A stretch of DNA of 64,000 nucleotides, taken from positions 6,140-70,139 of the forward strand of contig CALUZA010000059.1 of NCBI GenBank assembly GCA_944325185.1, in the 5' to 3' direction. The DNA comes from Candidatus Gastranaerophilales bacterium. Its GTDB lineage: Bacteria; Cyanobacteriota; Vampirovibrionia; Gastranaerophilales; Gastranaerophilaceae. Positions 1 to 9,068 of the stretch are shown here, piece after piece. Under the pieces are notes generated by a model. The model had not been told where the DNA came from. It ran no database searches and was given only the letters and a program-made list of their open reading frames with translations. Position 1 is the stretch's first letter, and each line of letters begins with the position of its first letter. The translations under genes and the position numbers were made by a program.

Positions 1-2
1 AA

Positions 3-242
3 GAAAATATATTAATTTTTGCAGAAAAATATGAAAATATTTCTTTAGATGATTGCATAAAAACTATTGACTTTAATCAAAAAATAGCTGTAGTTATAGG
101 ACCTGAAGGAGGTTTTTCCGATTGTGAATTTAATTTCTTTAAACAAGAAAATTATAAATTAATAACTCTGGGAAAAATGATATACAAAGCTCCAAATGCA
201 ATAACAGCAGCAATTTCCAATATTATTACAAGAATAGAATAA
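3..242 (+). CDS. rsmE: 16S rRNA methyltransferase RsmE, C-terminal fragment (5' end lies outside the window)
   Basis: Own translation of frame 3 ends ...IAVVIGPEGGFSDCEFNFFKQENYKLITLGKMIYKAPNAITAAISNIITRIE*. The GPEGGF motif plus an LG..I.r...A tail is typical of the RsmE SPOUT family. Stop TAA at 240-242. Confidence 0.7.
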   Translation, partial: ENILIFAEKYENISLDDCIKTIDFNQKIAVVIGPEGGFSDCEFNFFKQENYKLITLGKMIYKAPNAITAAISNIITRIE

Positions 243-244
243 AT

Positions 245-1558
245 ATGTTTGAAGATAAAATTTTAAATTCCATAAAAGAAATTACCAAAAACCAAGAAAT
301 ATACCTTGTTGGCGGATATTTGAGAAATTATTTTTTAAAAAAAGAAATCTCCAAAGATAGGGACTTAGTCTGCATTAAAAATGCTGAAAATATTGCAAAA
401 GAAATATCTCAAAAGCTTAACGGAACATTTATAGAACTGGACAAAGAAAATCAAATATACAGAGTTGTTTTATCCGACAAAGAAAATTATTTCGATATAT
501 CTAATGCGCTTGAAGACAACATACTTAAAGATGCCGAAAGACGAGATTTTACAATCAACTCAATATTTTACAATTTAAATAAAAATGAACTTTTTGACCC
601 TTTCAACGGAATTAAAGATATCGAAAATAAAATCATAAGAACACCAAACCTCAAAAATTTAGATGATGACTCTTTAAGATACTTAAGAATGTATAGATTT
701 ATGTCATATACGGGTTTTGAAATCGAACAAAACCTTGAAAATTATTCAAAAGAAAATTTTAAAAAAGTATTATCAAGTGCAAAAGAAAGAATAAATTACG
801 AAATTTTAAAGATTTTTGAAGGTGATTTTCTGGTTGAAACACTTCTAAAAATGTATGAAAATAATGCCTTAGAGGTTATTTTTCCTTTTATCAAAGAGAT
901 TAAAAAAGTTCCTCCGAACTCTCATCATCATCTTGATTTAGTTCATCACTCAATAGAGACAGTTAATAATATTCAATCAAACAAACCTCTTTTAAAAATT
1001 GCAGCCTTATATCACGACATCGGAAAACCAAGTACTTGGACAATAGAACCACAAGGCAGACACAGATTTATAGGTCATGACATAAAAGGATTTGAACTTG
1101 CAAAGAAAGAGCTTTCACAATTAAAGTTCTCAAACAAACAAATTTCATATATTGCAAAAATGGTTAAATTTCATATATATCCTGCAAGTTTAATAAATTG
1201 TCCGGACAATAAAAAAGCTTATGCAAGATTTATAAGAAAATTAGCAGAAGATACACCGGATATAATTGAACTATCAAAAGCAGACAGGCTCTCTGCAAGA
1301 GGAGTTGATGTAAGCGATGAAATGGTTGAAAAATCAATAAAACACCTTGAAAATTTGCTTAATTATTATAACGAAGTTCAATCAATGGTAAAAGATCCAA
1401 AAAGCCTTTTAAACGGCAAAGAAATAATGGAAATTTTAAACATTCCACCTTCTAAAAAAGTGGGACTAGTTTTACTTGAACTTAAAGAAGCCCAACTAAC
1501 AGGTGAAATAACAACAAAAGAAGAAGCTATTAACTTTGTTCAAAAACAAAGCCGCTAA
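245..1558 (+). CDS. cca: CCA-adding tRNA nucleotidyltransferase / poly(A) polymerase family with HD domain
   Basis: GGYLRNYFL...DRDLV head motif, RRDFTINS, then HD domain (HHHLDLVHHS ... AALYHDIGKP). Confidence 0.8.
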   Translation: MFEDKILNSIKEITKNQEIYLVGGYLRNYFLKKEISKDRDLVCIKNAENIAKEISQKLNGTFIELDKENQIYRVVLSDKENYFDISNALEDNILKDAERRDFTINSIFYNLNKNELFDPFNGIKDIENKIIRTPNLKNLDDDSLRYLRMYRFMSYTGFEIEQNLENYSKENFKKVLSSAKERINYEILKIFEGDFLVETLLKMYENNALEVIFPFIKEIKKVPPNSHHHLDLVHHSIETVNNIQSNKPLLKIAALYHDIGKPSTWTIEPQGRHRFIGHDIKGFELAKKELSQLKFSNKQISYIAKMVKFHIYPASLINCPDNKKAYARFIRKLAEDTPDIIELSKADRLSARGVDVSDEMVEKSIKHLENLLNYYNEVQSMVKDPKSLLNGKEIMEILNIPPSKKVGLVLLELKEAQLTGEITTKEEAINFVQKQSR

Positions 1559-1623
1559 AGAGCTTCTTTAACGGCATAAAAATTAAACAATAGAGGAGAA
1601 TAAGGAAAACTTCTCTTTGACTT

Positions 1624-2001
1624 TTACTCTGCTGCAAATATATGTGCTGCAAGAGCAAGTCTATTGTCTGGTGACATCATTGGAAAATCTTCTTCCAAGA
1701 TACTTGCCGTTGAATTAACTCCGTCTTCAAATTTTACCATCATGGCTTCAATGTCAGCTATTCTATCTTCCGTTAAATAGTCTGCAGGGTTAACCTCTTT
1801 CTTAGACACCATATTAACTTGTGCCAAATTTTGTAAACCCTGAGCGTCCATAGCACCCAATACATTTTCCGGATTAAAAGTGCTAATGTTTTCCTTCCTA
1901 ATTTCTTCCGCTCTGTTTTCTTCAGGTTTTTCCTCTCTTGCTTGTTTTGCATAAGAATTACCTGTTGAAAAATTGCCAAACCTTACTTGATTAATATCCA
2001 T
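1624..2001 (-). CDS. hypothetical protein (125 aa)
   Basis: The tracked ORF is 1624..2061. The internal ATG at 2001 (MDINQ...) is preceded by AGGAG with a 7-nt spacer, so the shorter start is preferred. No family recognised. Confidence 0.45.
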   Translation of the reverse strand: MDINQVRFGNFSTGNSYAKQAREEKPEENRAEEIRKENISTFNPENVLGAMDAQGLQNLAQVNMVSKKEVNPADYLTEDRIADIEAMMVKFEDGVNSTASILEEDFPMMSPDNRLALAAHIFAAE

Positions 2002-2109
2002 TACGAGGCTCCTTATTTCCCATTGTTCTTTATTGTCTACATAATGGATATCGACAATCATTCAACTAAACTTTAGGATTTTAAAAGCCATTTTTACAAT
2101 TTGTTACAT

Positions 2110-2703
2110 TTAATCCTTATTTTTTACTTTTTTAACAACAAAATAAAATTCTTGTCCTTCTTTTATTTCAATTTCTTCGCCATATTCAACCAAGGAAAGA
2201 AAAGAATCATCATAAACTTGTTTTACACCCGATTTTAATCTGTTATCTTCTTTATTTTCTTTAACGCCATCAACAAAAGAAACACCGTATGAAAAACCCT
2301 TTACAAAGAAATTGCCTACCGTGCTTGCTGTTTTCTTTACAATCGTTTTGGGGGGAGTTTTTTTAATTTCTTCTTTTGACAAAATCTTTTCTGCGTATTT
2401 TGCAACCATTATATCTTCAAAATTATGCGTTCCTTTTTTATCAGTATAACTATCCAATACAAAATATATTTTTGCATCTCGCTTTGCTCTTGTCGGGTCA
2501 GTTACTTTTTTCAATGTGCAATTTAAAACATCACCCTTAATCATATAAACATCATCCAAAACACCATCTTCAATAAGCATTACCTGAAAACTTTGTTCCG
2601 GATTTACGGAATTAAAATCTCTCATTGCACTAACATGTAACTTATCTGCCGCAAAAACAGGCGACATTACAAAAAACATCAAAAAATATAATATCTTTTT
2701 CAT
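2110..2703 (-). CDS. secreted hypothetical protein
   Basis: N-terminal signal peptide MKKILYFLMFFVMSPVFA/AD. No recognisable motifs. Confidence 0.6.
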   Translation of the reverse strand: MKKILYFLMFFVMSPVFAADKLHVSAMRDFNSVNPEQSFQVMLIEDGVLDDVYMIKGDVLNCTLKKVTDPTRAKRDAKIYFVLDSYTDKKGTHNFEDIMVAKYAEKILSKEEIKKTPPKTIVKKTASTVGNFFVKGFSYGVSFVDGVKENKEDNRLKSGVKQVYDDSFLSLVEYGEEIEIKEGQEFYFVVKKVKNKD

Positions 2704-2779
2704 ATAACCAACCTACAAATTATCCGTAATAAATTTATAACATATTTATAATTTTATTACATAAATTGTTTTTAAAAAA

Positions 2780-5146
2780 TTATATAAACAGATTAGAATT
2801 GGAGTTTCCTGATTCAGCTATATATTTTGCAACTCCTGCAATTTCAACTCCATCTATTAATTCTTCTTTTGATATCCCCATAATATCCATAGTCATATTA
2901 CAAGCTATAAATTTAACTCCTTGACTTTGAGCCTGTTCAATTAATTCCTTTAAAGATAAAACATTTTTATCTTTCATTACTTTTTTCATCAACAATGAAC
3001 CAAAACCGCCCATATTTAACTTTGAAAGAGTTAATTTATCAGCACCTTTTGGCATCATAAAACCGAACATTTTATCAATAAAAGATTTCTTGTTGATTTT
3101 TACATTATCTTTTCTTAAAACATTTAATCCCCAAAAAGTGAAAAATAATGTGACATCTCGCCCGCTCGCTTTTGCACCGTTTGCAATTATTAAAGAAGCA
3201 AGAACTTTATCTAAATCATTTGAAAAAACGACAATAGTCTGCCCATTGTTTGTTTGTATTTTTTGTTGAGTGCTGCCTTTTTGAATAGTTGCAATTATTT
3301 TTTTATTAACGTTATTCAAGCTTAATAAAGTATTATTTGTAGAACTGCACCAAGCCTCAACATCAGAATAAAAACCTTTATCAGTTGACGATATTTCTAA
3401 AATCTCGCCATCTTTCATATTTAAAATGTTTTCTTTTAATTTCATAATAGGTCCGGGACAAGAAAGCCCACAAGCATCAACTTTTAAAATATTTTCACCA
3501 ATCACGGTGCCTGCTAAAACTTTTTCTTTTTTTACTACTTTACTTTGTTTATCTTTTTGAATTTCTTTATATAAAGTCATACCGCCCATCAAAGAATAAA
3601 CATTATTAAAACCGTTCTGAATTAAAATTCTTGAAGCAAGATAGCTTGTATATCCGGTATTACAAAGCAAAACAACCTTTTTATCTTTAGGAATTTCATT
3701 TATTCTCTGTCTTAATTCTTGAAGAGGAATATTAACCGCTCCTTCAATCGTTTTTATTTGAAAACTGTCAGATATTCTAACATCAATTATGTAGGAGTTT
3801 TCAATATCCTCATAATATGCAGGCTTAAAATATCCCCTTAAAAGGTTGTCAGCGCACATTCCAAGCACATTAACAGAATCTTTTGCAGATGAATAAGGAG
3901 GAGCATAGCATAATTCACTATCAAGTAATTCTTGAATTTTACCATTGTTTCTCATTATAGAAGCAATTACATCAATTCTTTTTTCAACGCCCTCTTGTCC
4001 CGTTGCTTGTGCGCCAAGAATTTTACCTTCATTATTAAAAAGCAACTTATATAAAGTCTGGGTTGAATCCGGATAGTATCCTGCATGCGAGTTGCCAAAA
4101 ACAAAAATCTTCCAATAAGGAATTTGCGCTTTTTTCAAAGCTTTTTCATTATAACCTACACAAGCAACCGTATAATCAAAAACCTTTAAAACCGAAGTTC
4201 CTTGAGATTTTTTATACGTAGAATTAATTTCACAAATATTATCCGCTATAATTCTTCCCTGCCTGTTTGCAGGTCCTGCAAGAGGAATTAAAGTATTTTC
4301 ACCTGTTACAAAACTTTCAACTTCAACACTATCACCACCTGCATATATATCAGGATCAGAAGTTTGCATATTTTTATTAACTTTTATACCTCTATTTACT
4401 TCAAGACCTGACTTTTGAGCAAGTGATATCTCCGGTTTTACCCCAATAGACAATATTGCAATATCATAAGAAATTTTTCTTCCCGATATTAATTCAATTT
4501 CATTTTCAAAAAATCTTTTTACCCCATCCGATAAAATTAACTCGACTCCGTTTGCTCTCATTTCATTTTGTGCAAAACAAGCCATCTCATAATCAACAGG
4601 AGCTAATATTTGACTTGAAAGCTCCACAAGCTTTGTATCTATATTAAGATGCGCAAGATTTTCAGCCATCTCAACACCAATAAAACCGCCACCAACTACT
4701 ACGGCATTTTCTACATTATTTTGAGATATTCTTTCTTTAATTTTATCTGCATCATCTAGAGTCCTAACCGTATAGATATTTTTGTTATCAATACCTTCTA
4801 TTTCAGGCTTTATTGGATTTGCACCCTGAGATAAAACTAATTTATCATAATAAAATTTTTCGTTATTTTTGGTTAAAACATATTTTTCTAATCTATTTAT
4901 TTCTATAACTTCACTATTTAATCTGACATCAATATTAAATAAATTTTTAAATCTTTCAGGACTTGAAACAAGAATTTTTTCTCTATCTGAAATTACATCG
5001 GAACAAAAATATGGTAGCCCGCAATTTGCTATTGAAATTTCTTCTGTTCTTTCAAGAATTGTAATTTCACAATTTTCATTTAGCCTTCTTAATCTTGCTG
5101 CACAACTTGCTCCGCAAGCACCACCGCCAATTATAACTACTTTCAT
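2780..5146 (-). CDS. CoA-disulfide/persulfide reductase family flavoprotein fused to rhodanese, TusA/SirA-like and DsrE-like domains
   Basis: VVIIGGGACGAS FAD motif. Redox Cys in NCGLPY (CoADR/Nox family). Rhodanese active-site loop LLCNTGYTS. TusA motif DACGLSCPGP. C-terminal DsrE/DrsE-like segment (IVVFSNDLDK...FIACNMTMD). SD GAGG lies upstream. Confidence 0.85.
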   Translation of the reverse strand: MKVVIIGGGACGASCAARLRRLNENCEITILERTEEISIANCGLPYFCSDVISDREKILVSSPERFKNLFNIDVRLNSEVIEINRLEKYVLTKNNEKFYYDKLVLSQGANPIKPEIEGIDNKNIYTVRTLDDADKIKERISQNNVENAVVVGGGFIGVEMAENLAHLNIDTKLVELSSQILAPVDYEMACFAQNEMRANGVELILSDGVKRFFENEIELISGRKISYDIAILSIGVKPEISLAQKSGLEVNRGIKVNKNMQTSDPDIYAGGDSVEVESFVTGENTLIPLAGPANRQGRIIADNICEINSTYKKSQGTSVLKVFDYTVACVGYNEKALKKAQIPYWKIFVFGNSHAGYYPDSTQTLYKLLFNNEGKILGAQATGQEGVEKRIDVIASIMRNNGKIQELLDSELCYAPPYSSAKDSVNVLGMCADNLLRGYFKPAYYEDIENSYIIDVRISDSFQIKTIEGAVNIPLQELRQRINEIPKDKKVVLLCNTGYTSYLASRILIQNGFNNVYSLMGGMTLYKEIQKDKQSKVVKKEKVLAGTVIGENILKVDACGLSCPGPIMKLKENILNMKDGEILEISSTDKGFYSDVEAWCSSTNNTLLSLNNVNKKIIATIQKGSTQQKIQTNNGQTIVVFSNDLDKVLASLIIANGAKASGRDVTLFFTFWGLNVLRKDNVKINKKSFIDKMFGFMMPKGADKLTLSKLNMGGFGSLLMKKVMKDKNVLSLKELIEQAQSQGVKFIACNMTMDIMGISKEELIDGVEIAGVAKYIAESGNSNSNLFI

Positions 5147-5164
5147 TTAAACCTCATATCTTAG

Positions 5165-5264
5165 TATATTCGCATATTAATATATTCATATTATCAAAAT
5201 TAATTTTCAAGGTCAACCCTAAAAGAATTTGACAATATTCGCATATTATAATATTCTCATAATA
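5165..5264. promoter_or_regulatory. divergent promoter region with a twice-repeated operator-like element of about 30 bp
   Basis: The 14-mer ATATTCGCATATTA occurs at 5166-5179 and 5235-5248. In both copies a second ATATTC starts 16 bp after the first (5182-5187, 5251-5256). TTGACA at 5229-5234 and TATAAT at 5247-5252 are present, but only 12 nt apart. Confidence 0.4.
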
Positions 5265-5563
5265 TGAAAAATGATATTGATATAGATGAATATTCGGCAA
5301 TATTTAAAGCTTTAGCACACCCAACAAGGCTTACAATTGCATATAATTTAATGCTAAAACCCGAATGCAATGTAAGCAAAATGAGCCAATGCCTAAATAT
5401 TCCGCAGCCGACAATATCACAACATCTATCAATATTAAAGAACTCAAATGTTTTAATTGGCAGTCGCAAAGGAAATCAAATTTGCTATAAAGTTGAAAAT
5501 CCAAAAGTCATTGCCATTTTAAAGCAGCTTTCAAACAAACAAGACCAAAACACAAGACCATAA
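5264..5563 (+). CDS. ArsR/SmtB-family winged-helix transcriptional regulator
   Basis: ALAHPTRLTIAYNL ... VSKMSQCLNIPQPTISQHLSILK ... ICYKV matches the ArsR HTH_5 core. Cys35, Cys43 and Cys74 are present. There is no canonical ELCVCDL metal site and no SD before the ATG. Confidence 0.85.
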   Translation: MKNDIDIDEYSAIFKALAHPTRLTIAYNLMLKPECNVSKMSQCLNIPQPTISQHLSILKNSNVLIGSRKGNQICYKVENPKVIAILKQLSNKQDQNTRP

Positions 5564-5592
5564 ACAACTTTGTTTGACGAACCAAATTTGAT

Positions 5593-6591
5593 ATGTTAGC
5601 TTTCTTATTAGGGGAGTTTATTTTGACAAATATAAGTATTATTTCAGCCTGTAACAATAAATGTAAATATTGTTTTCAACAAGATAACTATCATAATTTA
5701 GGACAAATGTTATCTTATGATGAAATTTTAGACATATTAGATTGGATTTCAGATAGAACTAAATTGGGAATAATGGGGGGAGAACCCACATTACATCCTG
5801 ACATCGTAAAAATATTAGAAAAAGTTTCATCAATGAATTTTGAAAAATCTGTTATTTTCACAAATTTATTGTGCAGTAAAAAATTATTATTTGAAATTGT
5901 AAAGTACACTCCAAAAATTGACTGGCTGATAAACACCACAACAAGAGATGAGCTTGTTGATAAATTTGAAGAAAATGTAGAATATTTAAATAAAATTATT
6001 GATAAAAAGCTTACTTTCGGCATAACTTTAATAAATGATTTAGAATACGACAGAAGAAACATAGATAAAATAATACGCCTTGGCAAAACCTATCCGAATC
6101 TGGTAGGCAATTACAGGGTTTCTATTGCAACACCGTATCATAAAAATATAGTAACCTTAGATTCTTATGATGATGTCGTTTTAAATTTTTGCAAAACTGC
6201 AAACAAAGAAACGCCAAATATTAAATTAAGATTTGACTGTCCTGTTAATAATTGTCAAATTTCACTAAAAACAGTCGCTCAATTAATTGATAATTACAAT
6301 GTTGACAATTTAAAAATGTCACACTGTTATCCGGTTTTGGATGTTATGGCAGATAAAAGTGTTAAATATTGTCTTTCTATGCCTGATGATTTTTTAACAG
6401 TCAAACACTACCGCGATTTTCCCGACAATCAAGCTTGCTTGGAATATTTAAAAGAAAAATTTTTTAACTATATTAAAGAAAACAGCTATCCATGTCTAAA
6501 AAACAAAAACTGTAATAACACATTATGCAACGGGCCATGTGCAGCAATAACAGAATACATAAGAAGACAAGGTTGTTCTATTAATTCATAA
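5593..6591 (+). CDS. radical SAM enzyme with Cys-rich SPASM/twitch-like C-terminal half (paralog 1)
   Basis: CNNKCKYC (CX3CX2C) within the first 30 aa and GGEPTLHPD. Ten C-terminal Cys include C-x14-C (HCYPVLDVMADKSVKYC) and C-x5-C-x4-C-x3-C. A likely alternative start is TTG 5623, preceded by AGGGGAG, giving (M)TNISIIS as in paralog 2. Confidence 0.8.
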   Translation: MLAFLLGEFILTNISIISACNNKCKYCFQQDNYHNLGQMLSYDEILDILDWISDRTKLGIMGGEPTLHPDIVKILEKVSSMNFEKSVIFTNLLCSKKLLFEIVKYTPKIDWLINTTTRDELVDKFEENVEYLNKIIDKKLTFGITLINDLEYDRRNIDKIIRLGKTYPNLVGNYRVSIATPYHKNIVTLDSYDDVVLNFCKTANKETPNIKLRFDCPVNNCQISLKTVAQLIDNYNVDNLKMSHCYPVLDVMADKSVKYCLSMPDDFLTVKHYRDFPDNQACLEYLKEKFFNYIKENSYPCLKNKNCNNTLCNGPCAAITEYIRRQGCSINS

Positions 6592-6604
6592 TGAGGATAA
6601 GATT

Positions 6605-7564
6605 TTGACAAACGTAAGTATAATTTCAAATTGCAACAACAACTGCAAATATTGTTTTCAAAAAAACACGTATCACAAAAAAAATTTAATACTGTCTTAC
6701 GAAGAAATATCAGATATTTTTAAATGGACATCAGACTGCCCAACTATAGGAATAACAGGCGGTGAACCAACGCTGCATCCTGACATTATTAAAATTGCAA
6801 GCCTTGCAAATTCTTCATTTAAAACTAAAATTCTTTTTACAAATATATTATGCGAAAGTGAAATCATAAAAGATACAACAAAATATGCACCCGAATTATT
6901 TTGGTTAATTAATTCAACAGTACCCGAAGAAAAACAAGAATTATTTGAAAAAAATATAGAATACTTAAATTCAAACACAATATATCCATTATCTTTAGGT
7001 ATAACCTTCACAAATAACCCCGAATATGACGATATAAATATAAAATACTTAATTAATTTAGGTAAAAAATATCCCAAAATAGAAGTATTCAGACTGTCAA
7101 TTGCAGCACTTGACGAGAATATGAATGTGAGTTTATCATCGTTTGCAGAGCCAATATTAAAATTTTGCAAACTTGCAAAAGAACACACACCAAATGTCAT
7201 AATAAGGATGGATTGTTTTATAAACAATTGCAACATTCCTCTAACACAAGCTGCAAGCTTAATTGACGAGTTTGAAGTTAAAAATATGTATACAACCTTA
7301 AATTGCAGACCCGTCTTAGATGTTATGGCAGATAAAAGCGTAAAATATTGTTTTATGACACCTGATAATTTCTTATCAACAAATTCATACAAAAACTTTA
7401 AAACTTCAAAAGACTGTTATGAATTTCTTCAAAAAGAATTAGATGATTATATGAAAAAAAATTGGCTACAATGTAAAAATAAAAAAAATTGTGTTAATTC
7501 AGTATGCGACGGACCATGTGTAGCATTGATTAAATTTCTGGAATTAAACAAAAAAGATAGCTAA
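6605..7564 (+). CDS. radical SAM enzyme with Cys-rich SPASM/twitch-like C-terminal half (paralog 2)
   Basis: TTG start 6 nt after GAGGA. CNNNCKYC and GGEPTLHPD. By eye it is colinear with the upstream gene at about 45-50% identity, with all C-terminal Cys conserved and PVLDVMADKSVKYC identical. Confidence 0.8.
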   Translation: MTNVSIISNCNNNCKYCFQKNTYHKKNLILSYEEISDIFKWTSDCPTIGITGGEPTLHPDIIKIASLANSSFKTKILFTNILCESEIIKDTTKYAPELFWLINSTVPEEKQELFEKNIEYLNSNTIYPLSLGITFTNNPEYDDINIKYLINLGKKYPKIEVFRLSIAALDENMNVSLSSFAEPILKFCKLAKEHTPNVIIRMDCFINNCNIPLTQAASLIDEFEVKNMYTTLNCRPVLDVMADKSVKYCFMTPDNFLSTNSYKNFKTSKDCYEFLQKELDDYMKKNWLQCKNKKNCVNSVCDGPCVALIKFLELNKKDS

Positions 7565-7577
7565 ATGCTATCTTTTT
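7555..7577 (+). terminator. rho-independent terminator closing the arsR-rSAM-rSAM operon
   Basis: Stem AGATAGC / GCTATCT with loop TAAAT (contains the stop codon), followed by a T-run. Confidence 0.5.
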
Positions 7578-7594
7578 AATAAATCCCTTTAAAA

Positions 7595-7667
<73 letters not shown>

Positions 7668-7714
7668 ATAACATGTATACTATAAAATAATTTTGTGTTA
7701 AAATCAAGTCAAAT

Positions 7715-7788
7715 GTCCACGTAGTTCAGATGGATAGAACGTCACCCTCCTAAGGTGAATGTCGGAGGTTCGAATCCTCTCGTGGACG
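7715..7788 (+). tRNA. tRNA-Arg (anticodon CCU)
   Basis: 74-nt cloverleaf: acceptor GTCCACG/CGTGGAC, anticodon stem TCACC/GGTGA with loop CTCCTAA, T-loop TTCGAAT. Confidence 0.85.
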
Positions 7789-7865
7789 TTTTTATTTCAA
7801 AATCACTAGCAAATTTCTTTTTTTACGACTTTTTTATATATAGTAAAAATGTCATGTAATATAAA

Positions 7866-8954
7866 ATGAAAATTAATTTAATAGCTCCGAAGTATTATAT
7901 AAAACAAAGAAACAATTCATATCAAACTGCACAAAATAAGAAAATTAATAATTTTATCAGTTTTGAAGGATTTCAATGTGACGAAAAGGCATTTGAAGTA
8001 AAAAATATTAACGACCTACACTGCCCAATATGCGGGCTTCTAATGCTAAATGAAAAACAACAAAGAAGCTACATGAAAGATGTTGCAAATAAAAAAGGTG
8101 AAGCTCTAAAAAAAGCACTTGAAAAATATGAAAACGAAACAGAAGTAGTTAAAAATAAAGAAAACAGCAGAAATCAAACAATATATAGAGGAGTAAAACA
8201 AAAAATAGTTACAACTCTAAAAGAGTTAGCTCTCAGATATCCCGATTTGGATCTTTCCGAATTAGTTAAATTAAAAAGAAAAGAAAGCCTAAATAAATTA
8301 ATAAGAGAACAACTTGCTATTTTTAGTGAAATTGAAAGATTAATTCAAAACAGTAAAATGAATAGAAGAGAAAGACGAAGGATTCTACGTAAACTGGAAA
8401 TGTACAAAAAAATGGCTAAAGACACAACAAATAGTGACTTTAAAAGAAAAGTTTTTATTGAAGACATTCAATCAGAAATATCCAGCTACACAACAAGAAA
8501 AAAAATTAAAACCATTGCGCAAAAATTACCATCCTCAAAAACAAAAGAAGACGCATTTTTTGTTAAATACTCTTCAGAAGGCACAACAAATCAAGATATA
8601 GCATGGTCGCTTATTTCCCAATCAATAGTAACAGCAGAACATTTAATACCAAAATCAAATAGTGGACCAAATTCTACGGAAAATTACATATGCGATTGTA
8701 ATGACTGCAATTCAAAAAGAAGCAATACTCCTTTTTATGTTTGGATGAAAAACAAAGAAGCAAAATTTCAAAAAGGTTTACAACAATACTTATACGATGT
8801 TCAAAATGCGCTTAAAAATAAAATTATAAGTTCAAAATATAAAGATTATATTTCAGATATTATAGACACTATTGCAAAATTAAGCAATGGTGAAATTATA
8901 CTTAAAAAACCAGAACAAAATTCAACAAGAATATCAGATAAAACATATTTCTAG
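7866..8954 (+). CDS. HNH-motif (beta-beta-alpha-Me) nuclease-like protein with a long basic helical N-terminal region
   Basis: C-terminal TAEHLIPKSNSGPNSTENYICDCNDCNSKRSNTPF fits the HNH pattern (E/D)H..P...N..C..CN..(K/R). There is an N-terminal CPIC pair. The middle is Lys/Arg/Glu-rich and helical. Confidence 0.6.
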   Translation: MKINLIAPKYYIKQRNNSYQTAQNKKINNFISFEGFQCDEKAFEVKNINDLHCPICGLLMLNEKQQRSYMKDVANKKGEALKKALEKYENETEVVKNKENSRNQTIYRGVKQKIVTTLKELALRYPDLDLSELVKLKRKESLNKLIREQLAIFSEIERLIQNSKMNRRERRRILRKLEMYKKMAKDTTNSDFKRKVFIEDIQSEISSYTTRKKIKTIAQKLPSSKTKEDAFFVKYSSEGTTNQDIAWSLISQSIVTAEHLIPKSNSGPNSTENYICDCNDCNSKRSNTPFYVWMKNKEAKFQKGLQQYLYDVQNALKNKIISSKYKDYISDIIDTIAKLSNGEIILKKPEQNSTRISDKTYF

Positions 8955-9068
8955 ACTTGCATTTTATTAAGTTATGTAACAAAAGCGATTAAGTTTGAAA
9001 TTACCTTTTTTATATTGTTTTTATATAAATGTGATATAAAAATGATATAAACAAAAAGGAGATAAAAA

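Noticed and set aside
5715-7392. Antisense ORFs of 123 aa and 231 aa inside the two radical SAM genes.
   Set aside because: They are low-complexity, Ile/Phe/Ser-rich translations typical of the reverse strand of AT-rich genes. The sense frames carry the unmistakable CX3CX2C and GGEPT motifs.
5593-7564. Prokaryotic viperin (pVip) antiviral enzymes, suggested by the CNxKCxYCF cluster motif near the N-terminus.
   Set aside because: Viperins lack the ten-Cys auxiliary-cluster region seen here, and no nucleotide kinase is adjacent. Motif similarity alone is insufficient, so the assignment is left at the superfamily level.
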